Source: a virus | Taxonomy: Duplodnaviria > Caudoviricetes | DNA length: 41,732 bases | Strand: one strand, 5' to 3' | IMG/VR virus record: IMGVR_UViG_3300036453_000011 | Location: 1 to 41,732 of that record | Part shown: in pieces, positions 18,647 to 25,692 of the stretch | How the letters are laid out: the number at the start of each line of letters is the position of its first letter | Numbering within the stretch: the stretch's first letter is position 1 | Notes under the pieces: generated by a model | Told to the model about the DNA's origin: nothing | What the model saw: only the letters and a program-made list of their open reading frames with translations | Databases searched by the model: none | Made by a program: the position numbers and the translations under genes

Positions 18647-18919
18647 TTAGTTTTTTAAATACGGCACTGGTAATTTTTCTTTTGTTATATCTGGGTAATT
18701 ACAGAGTATCTGACCCATACTGGTAGTAAGACAATCTGCTGATTCTCTCAATATACCATCTTTACCTGGAGGTTTTCGAATACGCCCTTGAGATATATTA
18801 ATCTCCTCTGCAAGTTCTTATAACTCATCCATCTGTTTAGCCAAAATTTGAATAGGTCCACGCACGTCTTTAATCTGCCTACTCATTGCTAAAATTAAAC
18901 CTATCACAGTATTACTCAT
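18647..18919 (-). pseudogene. MazG-like NTP pyrophosphatase pseudogene
   Basis: Reads ...KQMDEL*ELAEEINISQGRIRKPPGKDGILRESAD...YPDITKEKL, with an in-frame TAA at 18818-18820 inside the EExGELAE-type motif. Confidence 0.55.
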
Positions 18920-18956
18920 ATTAATTCCTTAATAAATATTAGGTATTAGTACTTTT

Positions 18957-18984
18957 CTTATACCACAAAAAAGCTATTCGTTGA
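18957..18984 (-). promoter_or_regulatory. Repeated phage promoter-like motif, copy 6
   Basis: TCAAC-N14-TGGTATAAG. Confidence 0.75.
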
Positions 18985-18997
18985 CTTCTAGAAATTA

Positions 18998-19026
18998 AAA
19001 AGAGCCCTATACAGGGCCCTCTTTTT
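18998..19026 (-). terminator. Intrinsic terminator
   Basis: aaaagagccct-atac-agggccctctttt. Confidence 0.6.
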
Positions 19027-19729
19027 ACTCGTAGTACGTGCTAATTAGATCTGCTGAAATAAACGTATTATCGGTCCGGTACGCACGTTCACAGAGACTC
19101 TGAGTCGGGTGTGTAGAGCCAGCATAATAGCTTTTTCCCGAAGAGGTCACGGATTTAACCTTGGCCTGCCACACCTCTTTTTTTTGTATAGGCTTATCCC
19201 AGGAGTATTGATCGGACCAAGTACCTGGATCTTGGATTACCCTGTTAAAGTGGGTACTGTTACCTATAGTAGTCCCCGCTACTACTAATAAGCAGCGTCC
19301 TTCCCAGGCATTTTTATACCACAAGTGGCTCTCCAAAGTCAACTCCTGACCCTTGAACATTACCAGTTCTGGCCAACGATACTCTGCATTCGAGAATCTA
19401 ACACAGCTAGGACCCGTCTGAATTTTATCCCAAGTATTGGAACCCTTATCGGACATCTCTAACATATCACCCATAAATACAGGTTTTTCATCCACGTAGA
19501 AGAGAGGGGCCATGAAAATATCTCCTCCTTCAGTAAGTCCCCCCTTAGTCCACGAACCAAATTGATCCGATTGAGCATACTTTACAATACCTAATAGTGG
19601 TTTATTATAAGTATTTCGTAGATCCCACTTTATAATATCAACTGGGAAGGATTGGGCGGTGGTTACAGGGGCTCCTGCCTTGGCTTGCTCCAGGTTAAAT
19701 GGACGCATGTTTTCAGGTACGTTACTCAT
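19025..19729 (-). CDS. Hypothetical phage protein
   Basis: The RPFNLEQAKAGAPV.T N-terminus resembles a common phage hypothetical family. Confidence 0.65.
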   Translation of the reverse strand: MSNVPENMRPFNLEQAKAGAPVTTAQSFPVDIIKWDLRNTYNKPLLGIVKYAQSDQFGSWTKGGLTEGGDIFMAPLFYVDEKPVFMGDMLEMSDKGSNTWDKIQTGPSCVRFSNAEYRWPELVMFKGQELTLESHLWYKNAWEGRCLLVVAGTTIGNSTHFNRVIQDPGTWSDQYSWDKPIQKKEVWQAKVKSVTSSGKSYYAGSTHPTQSLCERAYRTDNTFISADLISTYYE

Positions 19730-20106
19730 TGTCAATTCCTTTTGTTTCGGTTTTAATACGAGGCCTGCTCTTGACTGTCTGGTGTTTACCAGAATTTGAT
19801 CGACTGGCTAAAAGAAGAAGATGAAGCTTAAGATTCCTCTTTTTCAAAACTTTTATCAGCTTCATTGAATGGGTTGTTTAGCACAAGCGGGATTAGGCTG
19901 ATGACTACAACTAGCTATCCCCGTCATCAGTAGTAGAGAGATCATTAGAAACCTCAGGATGTTTGTAGTTTTCATTAGGGGTAAATACCTTTAGTTGGTG
20001 TGGGTTTTGAGAGATTAGATACATCTCAAAGGCTTGAGTGAAAGATGGGATTTGAGATACTGACATTGTGGTCCTGATACGTTGTGGTAATTGACACTTA
20101 ATTAGT

Positions 20107-20181
20107 TGGTCCCTCGATCAGAAATCGAATCTGAATCACACGCTTAGAAGGCATGGGCATTATCCATTATGCTATCGAGAG
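20107..20181 (-). tRNA. tRNA-Arg(TCT)
   Basis: Acceptor CTCTCGA/TCGAGGG, anticodon loop CTTCTAA, TTCGA T-loop and encoded CCA. Confidence 0.9.
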
Positions 20182-20210
20182 ATTTTTAAAACTTTTAAAA
20201 CAATATAGGA

Positions 20211-20328
20211 TCGGAGTGGAAGGGCTCGAACCTTCATAGGGTGCACCCAACCGTGTCTCACTTATAAAGAGCAATGCATTACTCATTACAGATCCTCAAG
20301 GCGCGTCTACCGATTTCGCCACACCCCG
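20211..20328 (-). ncRNA. tRNA-Leu-shaped RNA with ~34 extra nt in the anticodon arm
   Basis: Acceptor CGGGGTG/CACTCCG+A, Leu-type D arm GCGAAATCGGTAGACGC, variable arm GGGT-GC-ACCC, T arm GAAGG-TTCGAGC-CCTTC. The anticodon region is 51 nt instead of 17. Confidence 0.75.
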
Positions 20329-20342
20329 CTCGTATATTGTTT

Positions 20343-20483
20343 CTACCAGAACTTCGTCAGAAAGTAAACCGTTATGTGTACTACTGCACTGGTACTTACA
20401 AATCCTGCTATACCGACTCCTGCCGCTACCATCACCCCTACTACTGTAAAACCTTTTTGATTTTTATTGAAGTTAGTAAACAT
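20343..20483 (-). CDS. 46-aa prepilin-like membrane peptide
   Basis: MFTNFNKNQKG|FTVVGVMVAAGVGIAGFVSTSAVVHITVYFLTKFW, a class III signal-like QKGFT followed by a hydrophobic helix. Confidence 0.55.
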   Translation of the reverse strand: MFTNFNKNQKGFTVVGVMVAAGVGIAGFVSTSAVVHITVYFLTKFW

Positions 20484-20595
20484 AAACATATCCTAATAAT
20501 CCTACAAAATACATAAGAGCTGCTACAAAAGCTGTACCCAAAATCCACTTTTGTTTTTTACTAAAACTATTTATAAAGCAGACTACATAAAACAT
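20473..20595 (-). CDS. 40-aa single-TM peptide
   Basis: MFYVVCFINSFSKKQKWILGTAFVAALMYFVGLLGYVYVY with an AGGT RBS. Overlaps the next start. Confidence 0.45.
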   Translation of the reverse strand: MFYVVCFINSFSKKQKWILGTAFVAALMYFVGLLGYVYVY

Positions 20596-20657
20596 TATAA
20601 CCTATTCTATGTTGTAAAGCAAGGCTTAGTATTACCCAAGCCTCGCTTTATTACATA

Positions 20658-21608
20658 TTAATTGCCGTTACGGTCAATTGGGCGCAGTGCCGGAACGCCC
20701 ATCTTTTGCAATGCAGGAGCGAATCCGCCACTCGCGCTGATGGTAGGGATTGTGACGTTGTCGTCGTCCAGACCGCCCATCATCATAAGCATTGGCAGCA
20801 TTGCAGCCATGCCACCTTGCTGGTTGCCGCCACCGAAGCCACCGGACATCATCATGAGCATCATCGGATCGATACTCTTACCTTTGCCCGACTTCTTGTT
20901 TTTACCCATGGCTTGCATCAGCATCATAGGCATCATCGCCGCCATTGGGTTGGAAGCTGCTGCGCCTGCACCCGCTGCCGTAGCCCCGGACGTGGCAACT
21001 GCAGAATTGCTGGTCTGCATTTGGGAGAACAGCATCATTGGCAGAATCGACTCCAGACCTTCAGAGTCATCGCCTTGCATCATCAAGAAAGGCATAAGGC
21101 TTGATTGCAAGCCACCCACGCCTGAATTGCCGCCACACAGACCACCCAGACTTTGAACCACCATTGCGCCACCGCCATTGGCGAGGATTTGAACTTTTGG
21201 CGGGGTATAGTTTTTACCCATACCGTTCTTGTCCAGCAGCTTCAGGGCCGAGGCGGTCTTTTCCTTGACCCAGCCCAGGATTTCTTTGTCGCCGACGATC
21301 AGATCACCAGGCTTGATGTCGGCGAAGGGTACTTGGGTGGCGAAGGCGGGGATCGCCATGCCGAAGGAGTCAAAGGGGTTGACGCTGATGCCAAACTCAA
21401 CCGAGGCTTCCGTGGCCTTGACCGCCCGAACGCCAACCGATGCCGGATTGCCTGGAGTTGCCTCGATGACTTCTTGAGTCAGAGTGTAGATGCCGTTCTC
21501 GTCTTTCAGGCCTGTTTGGCCGGTCTGCAGGTCCCAAACCAAGCCATCGATACGCTTGAACATGCGGGACAGGAACTTTGCGGACATACCATTTGTGTTA
21601 TTGAACAT
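20658..21608 (-). CDS. Hypothetical protein with Met/Gly-rich repeated C-terminus
   Basis: Five (L/M/D)P(M/F)(L/M)(M/L)-type segments. Start MFNNTNG at 21608 with an AAGG RBS. GC-rich codons. Confidence 0.75.
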   Translation of the reverse strand: MFNNTNGMSAKFLSRMFKRIDGLVWDLQTGQTGLKDENGIYTLTQEVIEATPGNPASVGVRAVKATEASVEFGISVNPFDSFGMAIPAFATQVPFADIKPGDLIVGDKEILGWVKEKTASALKLLDKNGMGKNYTPPKVQILANGGGAMVVQSLGGLCGGNSGVGGLQSSLMPFLMMQGDDSEGLESILPMMLFSQMQTSNSAVATSGATAAGAGAAASNPMAAMMPMMLMQAMGKNKKSGKGKSIDPMMLMMMSGGFGGGNQQGGMAAMLPMLMMMGGLDDDNVTIPTISASGGFAPALQKMGVPALRPIDRNGN

Positions 21609-21706
21609 GTGAAGCCTTTTATGATTAAAAGAAAGCCAAGATGGCGGGGGTAAAACAACAGCAAGAAACAACTAAAAATCCCGAAGAAATCTCGGGGGTA
21701 AGTCCA

Positions 21707-21901
21707 CTACAGTGCGGGCAACCCTCTATCCGCACGTTCGTTGTTATCAAAGTACAGAGTCATTCCAGTCAGGAGGGAGATACCTGAGCAGACTACTCCA
21801 ACCCAACCCATAATACTTGCGCTTGCAGCAAATCCGATAATCGCCATAGTGGCGAAGATGGAAGCCAATACGATCATTACTGTTACGGTAGTGCTTTTCA
21901 T
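21707..21901 (-). CDS. Small 2-TM membrane protein
   Basis: Two hydrophobic helices and an AAGGA RBS. Confidence 0.65.
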   Translation of the reverse strand: MKSTTVTVMIVLASIFATMAIIGFAASASIMGWVGVVCSGISLLTGMTLYFDNNERADRGLPAL

Positions 21902-21965
21902 AATATCCTTTGGTAGGTTTAATTTTTATTTGTTTTTAGTGTCACCCGCTATAATCAGTGACATG

Positions 21966-22139
21966 GCCTAGGTAGAATCCATCTATGGATTAGGCTTTGT
22001 GAAAACCCTAGCAACTGAGTTCAGTCAGGGTCATGCGGCAGGATACTATGCTGTACGACAGGGCTCATAGGAGTCACCCGTTTGCAAGCGTCGCTACGTG
22101 AACGGCATCATATATGCATCCTCCACTTTCTATCTAGGC
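21966..22139. ncRNA. Candidate structured RNA (~175 nt)
   Basis: Closing stem gcctaggtagaa/ttctatctaggc encloses several hairpins. No ORF. Confidence 0.45.
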
Positions 22140-22192
22140 TTTAAAGTTTACGGAACACTATGTATTAAACGTATAAGGTTCTTTACACTTCT

Positions 22193-22221
22193 CTTATACC
22201 AATTTTACAGTCATTTGTTGA
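22193..22221 (-). promoter_or_regulatory. Repeated phage promoter-like motif, copy 7
   Basis: TCAAC-N15-TGGTATAAG. Confidence 0.75.
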
Positions 22222-22225
22222 ATGA

Positions 22226-22651
22226 CTATCCCTGGATCTTTTTGATCGGGAATGGGACCTTGGTGATCGGCTGACAATGCCCGTCATCGGCTGCGTAGGA
22301 CTTGGTCTTGTAGTCGGAATCCAACATACAGCCGACGTTACCCGACACAGTTGAACACTTTACAGGTACCACCTGAGTTTTATCAGGAGATACGAACTTG
22401 ACAGTGGCCCAACCATCCCCCTGAGGGCATTCATTGGTTTGAGTACTGTCGCCGTTTGCGATAATACCGTAACCTGCCAAGATGACATTATTAACACGGT
22501 ACCGCTGTGCGTTGAACAGAGCGTTCTCGTTGGCCGTGCCTCGAGCTTGTTCCAGAGTGTCAAAGGACACTTGGGGTGTTGGTTCCTTTTTGCTGCAACC
22601 TGCCACTGCCGTAGCCAGTGCGAGGATGCAAATACAGAGGGTGCGTTTCAT
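22226..22651 (-). CDS. Lipoprotein
   Basis: Signal peptide with lipobox VAGC and four further Cys in the mature part. Confidence 0.75.
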   Translation of the reverse strand: MKRTLCICILALATAVAGCSKKEPTPQVSFDTLEQARGTANENALFNAQRYRVNNVILAGYGIIANGDSTQTNECPQGDGWATVKFVSPDKTQVVPVKCSTVSGNVGCMLDSDYKTKSYAADDGHCQPITKVPFPIKKIQG

Positions 22652-22674
22652 TTTAGTGCTCCGTAAAGTTTAGA

Positions 22675-22998
22675 TTAAGCGAGACGAACTTGGAGATCAG
22701 GAGACATGACACCCATTGCACCCGAAACCGTATTCTTCACCAGCTCGAAATCGACCTTCTTCAAGACGACATCAAATCCCGGACGGTGAAACTCCTGGCC
22801 GATCCGAACTTCCCGAAAGAACGGGCTGAGGTGAGGGTGATCCGGACCCTTGGTGATGTGATGAGGCCAGCTCTTTTGATCCACTTCTTTTTCCACGACA
22901 CCTGCATCGTGGTTCAGCTGAGTGCGTGTTTCTTTCAAAGCCTCTTTGTTCTCCGAAAAGTTACCGGATACTGCCCATACTTTTTTTGCGATTGCCAT
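22675..22998 (-). CDS. Hypothetical protein
   Basis: GGAG RBS before the ATG at 22998, GC-rich codons. Confidence 0.65.
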   Translation of the reverse strand: MAIAKKVWAVSGNFSENKEALKETRTQLNHDAGVVEKEVDQKSWPHHITKGPDHPHLSPFFREVRIGQEFHRPGFDVVLKKVDFELVKNTVSGAMGVMSPDLQVRLA

Positions 22999-23038
22999 TT
23001 GAAACTCCATTCATTAGTTGAACTTCACGGGGGTTGGT

Positions 23039-23069
23039 CAGCCTAAGACCCGAATTGAGTTTTAGGCTG
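23039..23069. terminator. Hairpin, possible terminator or processing site
   Basis: cagcctaagac-N9-gttttaggctg. No strong U-tract. Confidence 0.35.
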
Positions 23070-23078
23070 GGTACTGTC

Positions 23079-23449
23079 AGAGTAATACATTTGATCACTG
23101 CCAAGAACTGACAATTGGACAGAGGCGTTACCATCCCTGAGTTAAGGTACGTAACCTGACTTCTTGAACTAGTAGTACCACCATGGCGGTTGTAGTCCTC
23201 CCAATACCTTGTTACAGGCGAGTCTAATTTTATAGTTGAGGTTACTAAGATTAATTACCAATGCCAGCTTTATAGAGAATACGCAGAACACTTAGGTACT
23301 AACGTATTTAAATTATTCCGGGAGGATACTAATCAAAGTAACCTTTACTGCGCTTGATAAAGCCTCGAGGGTTGTCAGTGCCGGTGCGGTTATTTAGAGA
23401 TTATGGATTCCCTCCGTAATTCTATTAATGCTATCCAGGAGATTACCCT
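23079..23449 (-). ncRNA. Candidate ~370-nt structured ncRNA
   Basis: Nested long-range pairings plus one crossing pair, and no ORF of 60 aa or more. Confidence 0.5.
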
Positions 23450-23469
23450 CTTATTTAAATCAAGTTAAA

Positions 23470-23961
23470 CTAGTCACCAGTCGAAGCGTCTACCAATGAC
23501 AACACCAGACTTGTGCGATTAAAGTTTTCGGAGTTAGTCGAGATTGCCAGGGACATCTTGTTGAACAGGTAGATGGAACCGTTTTCAAACAAAATCTGAC
23601 GATTACCATTGGGAACATCCTTGGCGTTGTCGGAAATATCTTTGGCTTCTTTAAGGCCAAGATTGAAAGCGGAACGAATGGTCTTGATCGCTGCAATGCG
23701 GGAGGTTTCGTAATTGTAAACCAGGCGGAAAGAGATACCCTTAACACCCTCCTCAGTACATTTCAAGTCGTGCTTGCCGACGGTGAGGTGGGTTGTTGTT
23801 GAGTCCCATTGGGCACTATCCAGGGCAACGACTATGTCATTCAGGTACGTGTTGTGAACATAGCTGAAATCAAAGCTGTGAACTGCAGCAATCATAGTTC
23901 TGATAGCCTTGATCTGATCCCCCTGCAGCTTAACAACCTTATGAGGAGTTGGATAGTTCAT
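23470..23961 (-). CDS. Protein with ribosomal protein bL12 (L7/L12) C-terminal-like domain
   Basis: RIAAIKTIRSAFNLGLKEAKDISD. The ATG at 23961 has an AGGA RBS. Confidence 0.7.
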   Translation of the reverse strand: MNYPTPHKVVKLQGDQIKAIRTMIAAVHSFDFSYVHNTYLNDIVVALDSAQWDSTTTHLTVGKHDLKCTEEGVKGISFRLVYNYETSRIAAIKTIRSAFNLGLKEAKDISDNAKDVPNGNRQILFENGSIYLFNKMSLAISTNSENFNRTSLVLSLVDASTGD

Positions 23962-23996
23962 AATAATCCTATATAGAATACTACGTTGAAAAACAA

Positions 23997-24029
23997 AAAC
24001 CATGCTTAGGTTTAAGGTAAGCATGGTTT
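23997..24029 (-). terminator. Terminator after tRNA pair
   Basis: aaaccatgctta-N9-taagcatggttt followed by a U-rich tract on the - strand. Confidence 0.7.
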
Positions 24030-24034
24030 AAAAT

Positions 24035-24111
24035 TGGTGGGCCTCCCGTGATTCGAACACGGTACCAACAAATTATGAGTTTGCTGCTCTAACCTAGTGA
24101 GCTAGAGGCCC
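24035..24111 (-). tRNA. tRNA with CAT anticodon (probably Ile2, possibly elongator Met)
   Basis: Acceptor GGGCCTC/GAGGCCC, loop CTCATAA and encoded CCA. It lacks the initiator GGG/CCC anticodon stem. Confidence 0.88.
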
Positions 24112-24118
24112 GAAACTG

Positions 24119-24203
24119 TGGTGGGTCGAATTGGGCTCGAACCAATATCCCCTCAAACCAGGCCAACCTGGTCGAAGTGCCTTCCCGATTAGACAACCGA
24201 CCC
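24119..24203 (-). ncRNA. tRNA-like RNA with extended anticodon stem and tetraloop
   Basis: Acceptor GGGTCGG/TCGACCC+ACCA and T arm ATTGG-TTCGAGC-CCAAT. The anticodon arm is CTTCGACCAGG-TTGG-CCTGGTTTGAG. Confidence 0.75.
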
Positions 24204-24222
24204 TTCGTTCAGACAAGTCAAG

Positions 24223-24251
24223 ACTATACCACGCCTCATCTTGTCTGTCAA
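24223..24251 (-). promoter_or_regulatory. Near-consensus sigma70 promoter for the tRNA-like/tRNA-CAT pair
   Basis: TTGACA-17 bp-TATAGT with an extended -10 TG, about 20 nt upstream of the RNA 5' end. Confidence 0.8.
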
Positions 24252-24261
24252 GCTTTACTTC

Positions 24262-24702
24262 TTACCGCTTCGAGCTTGCAGCAACCTGGGTACGAGTGTA
24301 CACCGTGATACCGCAGGGGCCAGTGTACTGGTACACGTTCCGGTGACCATTACAGGCCGAGAACGGGAAGTTGGAGGTTGTGCGCTTGCTGTCGCCTTGC
24401 CACATGGCCCGGGTATCGCGGTTCTGCTGGTTCTTCGCCTTTGCACCGTTTGCTGCATCCTTGCGGGTCTTGCCGCGACGAACACGGCGAGCTGCGAAGA
24501 AGTCCTTCTGGACCTTTGCTTCGTTGGCAGCAGTTTCTGCTGCGATCAACTCAGCCTGAGCAGCAGTGACAACTGGGGCCGCTTTGGTTGGCAAAGACTT
24601 CGCCGATTTGACGAGGGTCTTGGCCGAAGCGGTTGCTGCTGCGAGTACCTTCGCCTTGGAGTCAGCGGAAGGGGATGCGATGTGTTTGTTTGCGGTTGTC
24701 AT
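24262..24702 (-). CDS. Basic Ala/Lys/Arg-rich protein
   Basis: Start MTTANKH with an AAGGA RBS. Low-complexity N-half and Cys/His-containing C-terminus. Confidence 0.7.
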   Translation of the reverse strand: MTTANKHIASPSADSKAKVLAAATASAKTLVKSAKSLPTKAAPVVTAAQAELIAAETAANEAKVQKDFFAARRVRRGKTRKDAANGAKAKNQQNRDTRAMWQGDSKRTTSNFPFSACNGHRNVYQYTGPCGITVYTRTQVAASSKR

Positions 24703-24706
24703 GATG

Positions 24707-24976
24707 TTATTCCTTGAATAGATTCTTAAAAATTCTGAACTTTGCCAGACGTTGCTCTTCGTCAAATTCTGGCGATGTGTTTTTGTAATACGCGTTTACT
24801 AGGTTACCCTTTTTCTTCCGGGTAGGCTTTGAGATAAGCGTGGATGTACGGCATCGATTATAACCAATCGGGCAATACTCCTTTTTTACATTTTCAGATT
24901 CCTTAGCCTTAGCTGGTAGGGGTTTTAGATTAGGCTTTTTTTGAAAAGCCCTTATTACATTTAAAGGGATAAACAT
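24707..24976 (-). CDS. Basic hypothetical protein
   Basis: AAGGA RBS, behind a promoter motif. Confidence 0.6.
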   Translation of the reverse strand: MFIPLNVIRAFQKKPNLKPLPAKAKESENVKKEYCPIGYNRCRTSTLISKPTRKKKGNLVNAYYKNTSPEFDEEQRLAKFRIFKNLFKE

Positions 24977-25054
24977 ATTGCGTCCTTTAAATTCAAGATA
25001 AAACTAAAAGCTGATTTAACTAAGCAAAGAAGAGATAAACTCCTTTACACTCTT

Positions 25055-25083
25055 CTTATACCAAGTTTAGTATCGTTTGTTGA
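25055..25083 (-). promoter_or_regulatory. Repeated phage promoter-like motif, copy 8
   Basis: TCAAC-N15-TGGTATAAG. Confidence 0.75.
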
Positions 25084-25092
25084 CTTTTAGTA

Positions 25093-25560
25093 TTAATCTA
25101 CAATTGTGACTTTAGAGCAGTGTTTTTCTTTCCAGGATAGATACACCGCTTTAATAACGTTAACAGGTACAGGCTCATTCTTAGCCGAGCAGTTTACCCA
25201 AATAGCGTGGTTACGTTTTCTTAACCATGCTTGATAGACATCCTGGCATTTCGAAAATAACGCCAGTAACGCAGTAGACCCAAGCACAATTAGCCAAGCT
25301 AATCCGTAGACGGCAAATCCGCTTAAATCGTGCATCGAGGAGTTTTCATAAACTTCAGAAACAAAAGAGTATATTCCTACAAGTAAGGTGACTAGAAATA
25401 CTAACGCCGATACGGACATTACAAAAATTCGAAGTATCCCTTTCAAAATGTTTAGTCTGAAAGTACACAGGTTAATCTCCTCCTCCCAATAACCTAGATC
25501 TCCGAAGTTACGTGCAAATCTATAAAGTTTTGAGGTTCTGCTTATTTCAATTGATTTCAT
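25093..25560 (-). CDS. 2-TM membrane protein
   Basis: Two hydrophobic helices, NLCTF... and C-terminal K.KHC pattern seen in phage membrane hypotheticals. Confidence 0.7.
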   Translation of the reverse strand: MKSIEISRTSKLYRFARNFGDLGYWEEEINLCTFRLNILKGILRIFVMSVSALVFLVTLLVGIYSFVSEVYENSSMHDLSGFAVYGLAWLIVLGSTALLALFSKCQDVYQAWLRKRNHAIWVNCSAKNEPVPVNVIKAVYLSWKEKHCSKVTIVD

Positions 25561-25633
25561 TATATTACTTTCTAGGTTAGATTAATAAAAAGGATTCGAA
25601 CCTTCTGGGATTATTTTATCCTTTACCACTCTA

Positions 25634-25662
25634 CTTATACCAATATATGAGAGTGTTATTGA
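25634..25662 (-). promoter_or_regulatory. Repeated phage promoter-like motif, copy 9
   Basis: TCAAT-N15-TGGTATAAG. Confidence 0.72.
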
Positions 25663-25692
25663 ATGCCCTAAAATAAAGCAATAGGGGATAAA

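Noticed and set aside
20662-21653. Long + strand ORFs opposite the Met-rich gene (similarly at 12686-13339, 14984-15275, 18132-18650, 24241-24717)
   Set aside because: Antisense shadows of real - strand genes caused by codon bias.
23079-23449. tmRNA or RNase P RNA assignment for the structured region
   Set aside because: No tRNA-like acceptor/T-arm ends and no recognisable RNase P P4 consensus by eye. Left unassigned.
25588-25632. ggattcgaacc T-arm-like sequence suggesting another tRNA
   Set aside because: No acceptor stem, anticodon arm or D arm can be built. At most it is a remnant.
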